The notes under the pieces were generated by a model that had not been told where the DNA came from, did not search any database, and was given only the letters and a program-made list of their open reading frames with translations. Below, piece by piece: positions 22,251 through 35,020 of a stretch of 64,000 nucleotides of DNA. Each line of letters begins with the position of its first letter. The stretch's first letter is position 1. The translations under genes and the position numbers were made by a program. Origin of the DNA: Octopus bimaculoides (taxonomy: Eukaryota); the NCBI RefSeq assembly GCF_001194135.2, contig NC_069005.1, positions 14,647,205-14,711,204 on the forward strand, given 5' to 3'.

Positions 22251-22439
22251 CCCTTTAGCATTTAAATTGACCATATCCAGTCCAAATATTTTACCTGTTT
22301 TGTGTACCCTACAATGTCATTCTCAAAATAAACATTCACATCAGCAAAATCTTGAGGTTACAAGATGATGCATGGTTACTTCAAAATAATGTTGTTAAAC
22401 AAGCATTACATTTGACAAAGTAATCTGAATGTTAAAGAG
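22251..22439. mobile_element. piggyBac-like MITE, copy 2 (MADF intron 2)
   Basis: TTAA|CCCTTTAGCATT left end; degenerate right end AATGTTAAAGAG. Confidence 0.7.
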
Positions 22440-23426
22440 TAAATGGCATTCCAGTTGCGATCATTCTATCAGATTGGTTTCTAGGCATACTGTATCGCCA
22501 CCACACCCTTCTCCAACAGCAAGCATTCCCTTCATCATCATCATCATTTTAACATACCTTTTTCTGTGGTTGCCTGAAAAAACATTTGGCGTTTACTGAG
22601 GATAGAGTTTCTGTGGTTAGATGCCCATTCCCATTGCCAGCCCTCACCTGTTTCCCTATGGTCATTTAGCCTTTGCAGAACATTGGAAATAAATGAGTGT
22701 CACTGTCATACAAGCAATGTCCTTTGTTTCCAGTCTTCCATGAAAAACATGTCTGGTCAGGGGGAAATATTACCTTCCTTACTCAGAAATAGGTGAAGCT
22801 TCACAACAAAAAGGACATCCAACCATAGCAAAACAATCCACCTCAACAAATTCTGTCTGATCCATGCAAGCATGGAAAAGTGGATAGTAAAATACAATGA
22901 CGATGGTGAACAGTATAGGTACAGGCTTTTAGCAAAAAAAAGGTTGGGAAAACACTGCACCAGAATGAATTCCAGTTACCTTTCACACAGGAAGAATTTG
23001 AACTTACTTCAGCACAATCATTCAAATGCCCCATAATGAAATAACAAAACAGCTATAAGATGGGACTGAAACTGAATTGCTCATCAGGACGTTACTGTTT
23101 TCAATGAAGAGCTAACTTAAACACAATAACTAGGATGTAAATATTGAGTTTAAAAGCTCCTTTGATGGAAACCAAGGGGACTCTTAACCCAATATTTTAC
23201 ATGCTATTATTTATAGTTTTGTCTACTTCAAGTTCCACTGTAAAAAAATAGCATACTTCAATTCTCCCAAAATTAAAAAATTCTTATAATGTTACAAGAT
23301 TGATGTTTGTATCCACTAAGACACCAGCACTTGTATAATTAATGATTGCATCTTTATTTGTTCAAAGCAGAAACACCACCCTCCAATTTATTTCATGCCT
23401 CTTGGTGTTTCTATATTTGTATGATG

Positions 23427-24703
23427 TATAAAGGTTGGCTGAAAAGTTCATAGTCTGAGCAACATACTCCTATGGAATGTGGCCAAATGACATTTATTTT
23501 TCAACATAGTTCCCCTTGCAGTTCACACACTTCTTTCATTGGTGTTGCAGCGCTTGGATCCCATTGGTGAACAAGCTTTCATCATGTTGGTCGAAAAAGT
23601 CATCGAAAGCAGATATGATGTCATCATCACTGCAATACTGGTTCCCAGTCTGTTTTTTCATGTTGGGAAACATGATAGATCAAGCCAAATCAAGAGAACA
23701 GGGAGGGTGATCAACCAATTCAAAGCTACAGTCATGCACTGCATTGAAATCAAGACTTGTGTGCTGGAGCATTGTCCTGATGAAACAAGAACCTTTTTGA
23801 CAGTTTTCCTAGGCATTTGGTTTCAATTGCTTTTGTAACTGCCTCAGCAAGTTGTCATAGTACCCTCCATTAATGGTGTAGCACCTTTTGAAGATAGTTG
23901 ATAAACAAAATGCATTTTGCATCCCCAGAGATTGAGGACATTAACTTCCCTGCAGATGAAACAACCTTGGTTTTCTGTGGAGCAGGTGTGCTTCCATTGC
24001 ATGGATTGTCTCTTTGTCTCTGGCTGAAAGTGATGAAGCCAACACTCATCCTGGGTTAGGGAACATTCAAGGAAACCAGCTGGATCTGCCTCAAACAATA
24101 TCAGATTTTTCTGTGATATGAACAGCCTAATGCGCTTTTGATTGGGTGTCAGAAGACGTGGCACCCATCAAGCAGAAGCCTTTGTCATGTCAAGTTCATT
24201 GTGCAGATTGTTCTCATTTCTCACATGGGATATGCTAATAGCATTGGATATTTGATTTATAATCAGTCACCTCTCATCCATCAAAATGTGATGAACATGA
24301 TCAATGTTTTCTTCAGTAGTAGCAGTTGTAGGAGATCCAGATCTTGGGTCATCTTCAAGACTCTCCATTCACCTCCTAAATTCAGTCACCCACTTTTGCA
24401 CTGTTGATAAAGCTGGAGTGTCATCCCCTAATGTAGCAACCATGTGAGCATGATTGTTATTGGAGGCTAAACCCTTTTTCTGCAGGTATTTGATAACACT
24501 ACAATGCCAAAATTTGTCCATTTTCAAGAGAAGTTGCTACTAGTTAATCCTGATATCTTCTTTGAACAGTCAAATGTCAGTTTACAAGGAAAGAAACAAT
24601 GCTGTTATTAATAAAAAGAGTTAAAATTAATGCATGCAAGATTTCACAGCACTAGAATCACTCCTTCATAATCAGCCTATGAACTTTTCAGTCCACTCTT
24701 GTA
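23427..24703 (-). mobile_element. Mariner transposon, near full length, decayed (MADF intron 2)
   Basis: Inverted ends TATAAAGGTTGGCTGAAAAGTTCATAG and CTATGAACTTTTCAGTCCACTCTTGTA; motifs PRLLT, TQDECWLHHFQPETKRQSMQW, HQDNAPAH. An extra TIR-like copy lies at 24757-24782. Confidence 0.9.
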
Positions 24704-24848
24704 TGTATATAGTTGTGTCTCCTTGACTTGAAATCAAGTCATAGCTTTAAAACTGTCGATGAACTTTTCAGTCACCCTTGTAAATACTATTATATGATTT
24801 TGATACTTCTTACTAATATCTTGCCTTTTTTTTTTTTTTTTTCGATAG

Positions 24849-25553
24849 CGTGCTGTGGAGTCTCATAGCATTGAAGATGGGTCACCTGGTCCATCCTTTG
24901 AAAGAATTGAAGACAGCTATGATGGCTCTATGGAATGTGGGGAAGCAAAAGAAAGGTTCATGAGAACTGAAAGTGCTAGAAATAGCTGTATGAAGTCTGA
25001 AGACATGCAGACAATCTGCATCGAAGCAGAAGACTCGAATACCTCCAGTAATAAACCCAACGAACCTCACAACATCTATATTGAACCAGAGGTGATACAA
25101 AATATTTATATGGAACCTGAAAACATCCAAACTCTTCTGACCGAACCTCAGGAGTTAAGGAATCGAAGTATAAAACAAGAAAGCCAAACAAATGGATGGC
25201 GAGATTATAGTTTGACAAGAAACGACTGTTTAGCATCTGGTGGGGAGCGTTTTAGTTTAAGCGAAGAGGTATCAAACAGTTTGGAAAATCGTATGAAAAA
25301 AACTGCATTCAATCATTGCACTCTTATGGTAGATCAGTTCCGAAACAGAACAGACAGTAGAACAGTTCGGTTGAATGAGAGGAGGGATGCTGAAGATCTT
25401 TATTGTGCTATGATGGCTACAGAACTAAAATCTATTTCCAATGAAGATTTAAAAGATGAAGCTAAATTTGAAATGATGAGGATTTTGAAAGACTTCAAAA
25501 AGAAAGACAGACAGTTGAAACAGAATGCACTGCCAGCACCAGATCACATATGA
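24849..25553 (+). CDS. MADF/BESS-domain transcription factor, coding exon 3 of 3
   Basis: Poly-T acceptor ...CGATAG| at 24848, phase 0; C-terminal DAEDLYCAMMATELKSISNEDLKDEAKFEMMRIL is BESS-like; spliced CDS 178+164+705=1047 nt (348 aa plus stop). Confidence 0.88.
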   Translation, partial: RAVESHSIEDGSPGPSFERIEDSYDGSMECGEAKERFMRTESARNSCMKSEDMQTICIEAEDSNTSSNKPNEPHNIYIEPEVIQNIYMEPENIQTLLTEPQELRNRSIKQESQTNGWRDYSLTRNDCLASGGERFSLSEEVSNSLENRMKKTAFNHCTLMVDQFRNRTDSRTVRLNERRDAEDLYCAMMATELKSISNEDLKDEAKFEMMRILKDFKKKDRQLKQNALPAPDHI

Positions 25554-26299
25554 ACATATAATGTAAACATATAAGACAGAGAAATATTAAATTTTGATAA
25601 AATATTCTGAAAAGATCTTCATTTCCATCCTCGTTCAATTTTACATATTATTAAAGGTCAGTTTCATCCAAGCATTTTTTATATATTTTACAATTGAAGA
25701 CAGGCTTCATCTGTAAACGAGAGGCATGTGTTATGAGGTATGAAACCTTAAACCAATGTCCCACCACCTTTCCAGTTCCCACAACTCCTTTTTCTATTTT
25801 TTATGTCTCATTAATTTCTAAGATTCTTTCCTCCAAATTATTTTGAATTGTGTGATTTAACAGGATTTTAGATAATTACATACCCATGCAGATATGGAAA
25901 AGTGGGCATTAAAATGATGATGATGATGATATGGAGCCCTTATCTGTTTTGAAAATGGTAGTAAAAGTACAGTGGTTTAGGTAAAAGGAGTTGGAAGATA
26001 TTTGGAGAGCTGTTAACCCTGTGATGCGTGCAGAGCAAATGATGTGTGTGAAGGTAGTTCAAGGCCACCAGTAATAGATAATGAAATGCAGGTATTTAAT
26101 GTGAAAGATCTCATGAGAGTGGAATGAAACAAAGTAAGGTCTAATGGCTGTGCATGTGCTGTGTTTATTTGCATGTTTAGGTAGGGCTGCATATGAACTG
26201 CAAGATTAGCTGAGTGTTATATGCATCTGATGGCCAAATGTTTTCCTTTTTTTTTTAATTAATTGTTGGCTGCCTCAGGAAAAGGCAGTGCCCATGATC

Positions 26300-26900
26300 T
26301 TTGCAGGCCCTTTAAGACCGGTGAACCTGATGTCATTAATGTTCCATTTCCTGTTGCTGGAAAAACATAGTCAAGATAAGGTTCCAGAAGGCTAGTGTTC
26401 TGGTGAGAAAGGATTGGGAACAGTGGTTACTGTGGTGGGCCTGGGGTTTGGATGCTAACAAGGCTGGTGGCAAGTGATAGAAAGGCAAGTAGATCAGGAC
26501 TAGATACAAGACTAACCCTCTCTGAGGAACAGAAGCCATTATAATAGTGATAGAAAATACAAATAGATGACAGCAGACGTGTGGGCCAGAGGGAGGCTGG
26601 AGTATGTGTGTTAGTTATTTAATGTCAATCAGTTGAGTGGCCCTTCACTGGATGTGGTCCAGAATGTGTGTGTGTGTGATTAGCAATAAGCATCGTTCCA
26701 GAAATGAGATCAGTGCTCAATTACAAGTGATAGAATATACAGAGATAGAGGACAACAGACCTGTGGGCTGGAGGGAGGCTGGAGCATGATTGTTAGTGAT
26801 TTAATGCCAATCAGTTGAGTGACCCTTTCCTGGAAGTGTTCCAGGTGTAGATCAGTGCGCTATTGCAAGTCTCACTTGAGCTTTGTAAAGTAGGGACATG
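26300..26900 (-). mobile_element. CR1/L2/Jockey-group LINE 3' fragment with an internal ~190-bp tandem duplication
   Basis: HHSNHCSQSFLTRTLAFWNLI resembles the SF.PRT...WN.LP end of CR1/L2-type ORF2; two similar blocks at ~26550-26670 and ~26730-26850. Confidence 0.55.
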
Positions 26901-27019
26901 TAATGTGAATGAACAATATCTGTTTGGTTTAAAAAATGTTAGGTACATGTGGCAGAAGAAGGTTGTGAAGAAAATAGGTGAGTTAAAAAAATTTGGGGAT
27001 GATGGAACAATTATTTTGA

Positions 27020-27238
27020 CTCTTTAGCATTGAAACTGGCCATATCAGGCCCATATATTCTACCTGTTTTATGTTCAAACTGGCCAGATTCAGCCTCTAA
27101 CATCTACCCTACAATGTCATTGTAAAAATTTAACAGCCACCTCATTGAAATCTCAAAACTGAGACAATGCATGATTAATTCAAAACAATGTGAATAAATA
27201 AGCATTACATTTAATAGAATAATCTGGAAGCTAAAGGG
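27020..27238. mobile_element. piggyBac-like MITE, copy 3
   Basis: CTCTTTAGCATT ... GCTAAAGGG|TTAA; internal sequence matches copies 1, 2, 4 and 5. Confidence 0.7.
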
Positions 27239-28389
27239 TTAAATACTTGATAACCTTCCTACTGACAACCACTCAGGTGCTAAGTACTCAGGAATAGAAC
27301 CAATTGTTTTGTAAATCAGGCAAAAATGAAACAAGTATGTTGTCCCATGGACACACCAGCTATAGTTGTAATGGTTTGAACTTACAACCATGCAATCTCA
27401 TGCGTGTCACCTTAACACAGTCATTGTCTTTCAGCCTATATACAACTACTTAACAGTTTCTGGAAAAATTCACTGTTATGTAATCTTTTATATGATTCTA
27501 TTTAGGAAATTTGGTTTTGCATCTGATAATTTATGTTCACAGATAAACCATTTAATCTTATTGCAAGAAAACATTCTCAAAAGAAAAAATGCAAAGAGCA
27601 GCTAGGCATACGGAAATCTGCCTCAAAAGGTTTCATCTGATTCAAGCAGACATGGAACATTAAATGTTAAAATGATGACAATGAGTCAGTAAATCACATT
27701 TTGAATAAGATATTCAAAATTTCTGGGTGTATATATAAAACATATATTAAACACTTTTTTCTATAATTAAACACTGATCCAGCATGTTTGGTTTTTATAA
27801 GGATTGTGATGTGTTTTATGCTTTGTATAATACATAATTAATATGTGTGTGTGTGTGTATCTTTCACCAATGTACACTGATGAAGGATATAAACATTCCA
27901 ATAAAAGAAAATTAAAAATAAAACTAGAACTTTACACAAGAACTTCAAGATAATTTGATCTCTTATATCAAGTTTAAAAAACTTGTTTACCACTCTAGCA
28001 TCTGCTACTAACAATACTACTGATTACCAATTTCAATATACACTCATTGAATAACTAACTCTAAAAGAAACTAATTGCAAATTACTAATCTTAGCAAAAT
28101 TATAAAAACTCATAAAAACATTATAAGTATACTATTAATGTTATGATTTATAATATTATAACCTTCTGCTAGTTATATAGGCTATTGGTTCAAGCATAAT
28201 GTAGATCAATGTATAGAAGACTGGACACATTGAAGTTTTAGTTTGAAATGAAAAAAACACAAGATGAGATTAACAGTATAGGAAATTCAAATTTTGACAA
28301 CTCATCTCAAAATTGAAGCTTAATTCAAAGTGTGATTTCATTTTGTTTAATGTGAAATCCCTGATACTTGATACTTTAATATAATACAG

Positions 28390-28430
<41 letters not shown>

Positions 28431-28535
28431 TATATACACACACACACATATATATATATACATATATATATTTATATACATACATGCAAAATTATATATG
28501 TACATATATATATATATACGTACATACACATATAT

Positions 28536-28584
<49 letters not shown>

Positions 28585-29000
28585 NNNNNNNNNNTATACA
28601 TGTTCTTGTTAACACTTTCACCCTCCGCAAAAAATTCCGAATTTTATTTGGTTTGCTTTGCGGGAAGGACTGTTCCAATGAAGTCGCGTATTGTCCTTGC
28701 CTTCGAAGCATGGAGTAGATGGACAGGGACAACTGATGAAGGGAAATATTCTTTATGTTGCATGTCTAGTTTCTCTATTTTTTTCGTTGTTTGAAAAAAA
28801 GTTTGTTTTCTGTTTTTGTTTCTCATTGTGTTTAACGTTTTTTTGTGATGTCCTGTACCCATATATGCATGAATTTATACATATAGATGTAAGTATGTAC
28901 ATATATGTATGGATATATGCATATATTTATATATTATGTGTGTATGTGTATATGTATGTATATGTGTTTTTATGTGTGTGTAGATATATATGTATATGTG

Positions 29001-29044
<44 letters not shown>

Positions 29045-29299
29045 AAAATGAAAAATAATAAGGCAGAATGCTAAACTGAAAGCATATTTTAATATAGATG
29101 TGTAAAAAGGATTTCTAACCGGCTTTCATTGCATGGCAAATTTTCAAGAAGAGGGAGAATGAAAATGATTTTTACAAAAAAGTAAAAAATAATATATAAA
29201 AAATAAATATACCAATACATTATATTGTCTTTGAGCTTTTAAAGTTCAATGGTAATCCATGTAGATAATAGTTGGAAAAATTAGGATGCATGAAATTGA

Positions 29300-30120
29300 G
29301 AGTTGTGTTTGGTTTAAAAAAAAGAAAGGGGGTGAAAGGTTTTGTGTTAAGCAGGAAGTGTGGTGTCAAAACAGGAAGTGCATGTAAGGGAAGACAATTC
29401 TGTGGGTTTTATACTCTCTAGTTGGAGTTCTGGACTCTTTGTCAACAGGAAGTTTATGTCTGTGCTTAGAGAAATATGGTCACTGAGGGGTTTGTGTGTT
29501 AAGAAGTGGTTGGAATTTCTCTATAAAAAGATTCTTTCTTGTGTGGAGATTCTGTCTTTACATTGATAGAAAGGGAATATAAGGAATTAAAGGTTTTTGT
29601 TTCTGGCACAAGAGTCTATGTAGCCACTGAGTGGAATTTGGCGGTGTTGAGGGAGATTTATTTGTTCTTTATGGACTACTACTCTTCTATGCAAAGGGAG
29701 GCTTGTCTGTCTGATATAGTTGTGTTGGCAACCTGCGCATGTGAGGACATAAATGAGGTTCCCAGAGGAACAAGAGAAATTGGTTTTGATTTTAAACTTT
29801 GTTCCTTGTTTGAAGGTAAATTCAGAGCCTTCAAGTAGGTAGGGGCAGGTACCACAGTTAGGGCGTGCACATTTTTTAACTGATGGGGGTGGAAGTGGTG
29901 TATGTAGTTTGGCATTGGTTAAGAGTTTTTTCAAAGATTTGTGTTGCCTTTTGCATTTAAGGACTTTGTGTGTATTGATGATATTGTTCATTTTCGGGTC
30001 TGTGGTGAGTAAGGGGAGGTTTTGTTTGATTGTGGTGTATGCTTCAATGTTTTTGGGGTTGTGGGTGGAGATGTATGGAAGTATTTTGGGGTTGGGTGTG
30101 TTATTGTGTTAGTCAACCTA
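29300..30120 (-). mobile_element. Penelope-like element fragment A (linker plus GIY-YIG endonuclease)
   Basis: PYISTHNP..KRQHKSLKKLLT..CARPNCGTCP..FSCSSGNLIYVLTCAGCQHNYIRQT..LHRR; GIY-YIG type with a Cys-rich linker. Confidence 0.85.
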
Positions 30121-30199
30121 TTTAATTGTTATATTTATGGATAATTCTATGCATGGTGCTCCATTTTGCAAATGTCTTTTATCTGATTTTTTAAAATTA

Positions 30200-31110
30200 T
30201 ATACACTGAGCAATTAAAAAAAAAAATTGTTTGTATATATACATTGGGATCCAGATGTATTTTTATGTGGATGTGTGTATTGTAAGCATGCATATGTATT
30301 TATATGTGTGTAAGTATATGTGTATGTTTATATCTATGTACGTAGTACATGTACATATATGTATACCTGTATATACTTATATTTGTGTGAATATGTATTT
30401 ATGTATATTTATATACGTAAGTATATATGTGTATTTGTATGCTAATATATACTTATGTGTATATATATATGTAATTTCATTTTATGTGTATGTTCGTTAC
30501 ACATATTTCGTGATCTCTCTTTCTTTTCTTTTCTTACTCAAAGTATCTTTTCTCTTCCTACTTGATACTTTGCTTAGAGTCCTTAAACAACACACTCCTT
30601 TTCTTCCTTTTCTCTTTCTCTCACTAGTTTTTTACGTTTCTGTTTCTTTTTCTTTTACTTTTTCTCTTCCTCATCCCTACGCTTAAGGTATATTTCCCAT
30701 TTCTTTCGTCTCTAATAACTGACTTGTATATGTATACACCAAGAGATTTTGTGCGCATACATGTATCCATACATATATGTATATGTGTATTTGTGTATAT
30801 ATTTATGTCTTACATATATATCTCTATATATGTATATAACTATGTACATGCACCTGTGTATTTTGGTGTATATATGTATATTATAGATGGTCTAGTATGC
30901 GTATATACTGCTGACAAAAATATTTATGTATTACAGCGTAAAAATTTAAAATTTTAATTTTAATGTATTAATTGACTTATATTTCATATATAATTATTTA
31001 CCATATGTACTTGGAATCTGTCCTTCATTTTAAGGTTTTCTTTGATTTTACAGTAGGATGAATTTATACTGAATTTATTTTCTTCATTGCATGCTTAAGA
31101 CCATATATGC

Positions 31111-31143
<33 letters not shown>

Positions 31144-31193
31144 TATACATATAGGTATATGCATATACATATATATAGGTATATACATATATA

Positions 31194-31225
<32 letters not shown>

Positions 31226-31349
31226 CACATACAGGTATATACATATACATGTATATATATAAACATTTAGGTATATACTTATACATATATGTATATATAT
31301 ACATGTATATATGTAGATGTATATATGTATATGTATACACATATATATA

Positions 31350-31406
<57 letters not shown>

Positions 31407-31430
31407 GCATGTATATATATATGTGTATAG
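30200..31430. repeat. (TA)n/(TG)n-rich low-complexity tract
   Basis: Long degenerate TATG/TA/CA microsatellites; the ORF-track entries here are repeat artefacts. Confidence 0.9.
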
Positions 31431-31431
31431 T

Positions 31432-32640
31432 GGTGTTTGAATACGGTACTGGATTTTTTTGGCCTTGTGAAGGTGTTCTTTCACTCTGACATGGAGTTGT
31501 CTTTTGGTTGATCCAATATATTTAGCCCCGCAAGTACAGATTATTTCCTATATTACATTCGTTTGAAAACATAGCCTGGCACTGTTTGGCTTTGATGGGG
31601 TATTGGTTCAGACAGCATGTATTCTGTATGTTGTTGTTGTGGGAAAGGTAGTGCCTGTGGGTTTGGCCTTACCTCATGATTCTGACAGGGAAGCCAGACT
31701 TTCTGATGACATTCCTTAGTTGGTTTTCAACCTTTTCTCCATAGTACAGAAGGTTGATATATGTTCATCTAATATCTTTTCACTTATCTCTCTCTCTCTC
31801 TCTTTCACTTTCTTTTTGTCTACTTTTCCTTCTCCTTTTGTCGTTCTATCTGTTGTACGTGTTGTTGTTAATATCATTAACATCGTTGTTGTTGCTGCTG
31901 CTGTCGCCGTTGTAGTTGGTGGTGGTCTTGTCATGGCTTCTTGGTGTTTGTGTGTTATACACTTTCTCTATGTACCTGGGTCTGTATCCTCTACTGCACA
32001 GCATCCTGATGAAATCTCTCCTCATGTCATCTTTTACATCAGCCTCGTCACCTCTATTTTTGTGATGGCTGACCTCATTAAGGGCTACATTATGTTTCAA
32101 CGTCTGTGGGTGTGCTGAATCCAAATGGAGGAAGATGTCTTTCTTCACCTCTTTCTCGAAGAAGCGGATTGTGGCATATCCCAAAGTGAAGGATACATCA
32201 AAGTTTAAGAGGCTCAGTGAGCCGTTTGTGGTTGGTTGTTCAAGGTTGAAATGGATGTTGTGGTGAAGGTTGTTAACGACATTATGGATCTTGATCGCCT
32301 CATCCCTGGATTTGGTTAAGATGAATGCCTCATCAACATATCTCTGGTATAGGGTGATGTGTTGTCCTGTGTAGAATGCTTGGTGCCCCAGTTTGTCCAG
32401 GGTAAGAGTGGCCAAGATACCACTGAGTCTGGATCCCATGGGGTGGCTGTTGCATTGTCGGTATGTGGTGTTTTCGTATCAGAAGTATGTGTTGCAGTGT
32501 AGAAATCCAGGATGGATTTGAAGCCTGCTGGTAAGGAGTCTGTGGCCAGCTTGTGGCTTCGCTCTAGTTGCTTTTAGATTGTTAGTATGGTCTCAGCTGG
32601 TGGTATGCTAATGTACATAGACTGTACGTCTAGGCTGAAG
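31432..32640 (-). mobile_element. Penelope-like element B (RT plus GIY-YIG), 5'-truncated
   Basis: MGSRLSGILA..RYVDE..NGSLSLL..DSAHP RT motifs (31846-32439); endonuclease [32 protein letters not shown] at ~31600-31450. Confidence 0.9.
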
Positions 32641-32689
32641 GCATAGTTGCTGTCCGAGACAGTTCTGGGAGGGAGCTTGTGTAGTAGCT

Positions 32690-33110
32690 AAACCAATGTC
32701 CCATCAAAACCAAACAGCCCACAGACAGTTCCAGGCTATGTTTTCAAACGAATGTAATATATGAAATGACCTGTACTTGCGGGAATAAATATATTGGATC
32801 AACCAAATGACAGCTCCATATCAGAGTGAAAGAACACCTTCACAAGGCCACAGTACCCAGCGCTGTATTCCAACGCCAGCAACACTGCAGTGGAGAATTC
32901 TCCACCTGGATACTGGCCAGGGGAACATGCAGTCAACCTCTGAATAAAGTAGGTACATTACACCAGGAAAAAGGCACCCAACCTCAACCACTAAAATGAA
33001 CTTGACGGTTGGAAATTCATTTACTACCTCTGGAATCTCTAACCAACATTAGCGGTAATAACCATGTAAAGTCTGATGAAGGATTATAGATCCAAAAGTA
33101 CTCACTTAAC
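32690..33110 (+). mobile_element. Inverted 3' duplicate (endonuclease plus pseudo-LTR) of Penelope-like element B
   Basis: Plus strand reads [36 protein letters not shown], the reverse complement of 31432-31609, and continues to a hammerhead motif. Confidence 0.85.
33067..33109 (+). ncRNA. Minimal type I hammerhead ribozyme, probably inactivated (Penelope-associated)
   Basis: AAGT-CTGATGA-A-GGAT tatag ATCC-AAAA-GTAC-TC-ACTT: stems I and II pair, stem III is the palindrome AGTACT, cleavage triplet CUC; conserved GAAA reads AAAA. Confidence 0.7.
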
Positions 33111-33974
33111 CCACTAACCCTAGAACTAGCAACAAGGCTATACAAACACCACACACTCTATCTATCTAATCTACATCTCGAAAACTGCTAAACCTCTTTA
33201 CTTTCAACTTCTGATATTTTGTACTTCTGCTCTACCTGTCTGCCTGTCTATCCTTCTATCTCTTTATCTACCCATCTACCTATCTGTCTATCTCTCAAAA
33301 ACCACTAAACCTTTTAAACTTTCGAAACTTCTGAACCTTTGAAATTTGAAAATTTGAAAAAAAAAAAAGAAAAATTTCCTGGGTTTCCTCAAAGACCTCC
33401 TCACTGTTCATATAAATATATTTATACTAATGCCTCAGTTTCTCATCGTCTTTTCATTTTCTAACTTTTTAATTTTTTTTTTTTTTCTCTAAGATAGTTT
33501 TTTTAATATTCTTTTCTCTTTTCGTTCTTCATTTTGTCAGTTCTCCACCGTTTTTTCTTCCTTGCTCTACTCTACCATCTTTCACCCTTAGCCTTTGATT
33601 TCCCCATCAATAAACCGCTGAACCCCTTCCCCAGGTATCACCTCCTCCTCCTACCTGTTCATTCTTTCCTCCGGAGCTCAGCTTTACTTCTCTCAGCATA
33701 GCACCCCCTCTCACCATCCCACTATGGCGTAGTCTAGACCACGACCATGTTGCCTGAGATACACCAATATCTTTTAGACATAAATACACACACACACACA
33801 CACACATATACATACATGATGGGCTTCTTTGAGTTTCTATCTACCAAATCCACTCACAAGGCTTTGGTCAGCTCGAGGCTATAGTAGAAGACACTTGCCC
33901 AAAGTGCCATGCAGTGGGACTGAACCCAGAACCATGTGGTTGTGAAACAAGTTTCTTACCAAACACTCATGCCA

Positions 33975-34030
<56 letters not shown>

Positions 34031-34714
34031 TAATTGTTATATGATTTAAAATAAAAGACCAGAATGATTTGTTAAAGGAGTATGGAATCATTTACCTTAG
34101 TACTATAATGCCGCCAAAAAAAAATACAGTCTTATGTCTAATGTGTCTCATCAATTACACAAATCTTTTTCAAATTACCAAACAGATTTTTCCCATGACT
34201 ACTTGGGGATATATTGTAAAATATGTTTTGTTTTTTGGGGTTTCTTTTAAAGATAATACCTACTATGTAGACCATATAAGCTACCAATGAATTGGTTGAA
34301 ATTTTAGAGTATCTACTTCGTTTTTGTATCTGGTTTGCAAGAAACTTTATCTGAATTCATGTGTTGAAACTAATTTTGTTGTGTCTAGGGAGAGTCATTA
34401 AAACAAATGACTTACTGTTTAATCAAATTAAACAAACAATTTATTTGTTGGATATTTAAGCAATTGACTAATAAAGGAATGGAATTGAACCAGAGTGTGT
34501 GTTAATAATATTGGCATAATGATTCTCCTTAGAGTAGTAAACTTGAGAATAACATGGGATAGAACTCCCAACTATTTTAGATGATAATGACACTAGTCTT
34601 TATGATACCATGTTTTCTTATCAAGTTGTTATTTTCACATTGCTGTGACTTTAGATCAGAAGTGAAGAACCTGCAACATTCTGAAAGAAATGATAATAAC
34701 TGGTACTCCTTCAG

Positions 34715-35020
34715 TTACAGTGACAAGAGTTCCAGTTGATCTGATAAATGGAACAGCCTGCTTTTGAAATTAACATGCAAGTAGCTTAGCACCCCACTGA
34801 CATTCGTACCCTTAAAGGAGTTCTCAGAGAGATTCAGTGCGATAAGGCTGACCCTTTGAAGTGAATTACACACACAACTCATTTTTGCTAGATGAGTAGA
34901 CTGGAGTAATGGGAAATAAAGTGTTTTACTCAAAGACACAACATGCTTCCGGGAATCAAATTCATGACCTTATGATTGTAGGCTGGATACCCCTAACCAC
35001 TAAGCCATGCACCTTCGCCC
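34715..35020 (-). mobile_element. tRNA-derived SINE (GGCTTAGTGGTTAG-head family)
   Basis: Reverse complement head GAAGGTGCATGGCTTAGTGGTTAG..., core TCCAGTCTACTCATCTAGCAAAAATGAGT; relatives at ~36955-37250, 40130-40420, 55693-55925 and 56310-56600. Confidence 0.75.

Noticed and set aside
27870-27910. CTGATGAAGGA..TCC hammerhead-like motif
   Set aside because: GAAA is replaced by AATA and no stem I or III pairing is evident.
28730-28765. CTGATGAAGGG hammerhead-like motif (also CTGATGA on the minus strand near 53405)
   Set aside because: No GAAA core after a closed stem II; the fold cannot be supported, though the regions may be Penelope-derived.
28270-31489. Many 60-150 aa ORFs rich in YI/CV/HT
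   Set aside because: Translations of (TA)n, (TG)n and (CA)n microsatellites; the same applies near 20949, 38622 and 56003.
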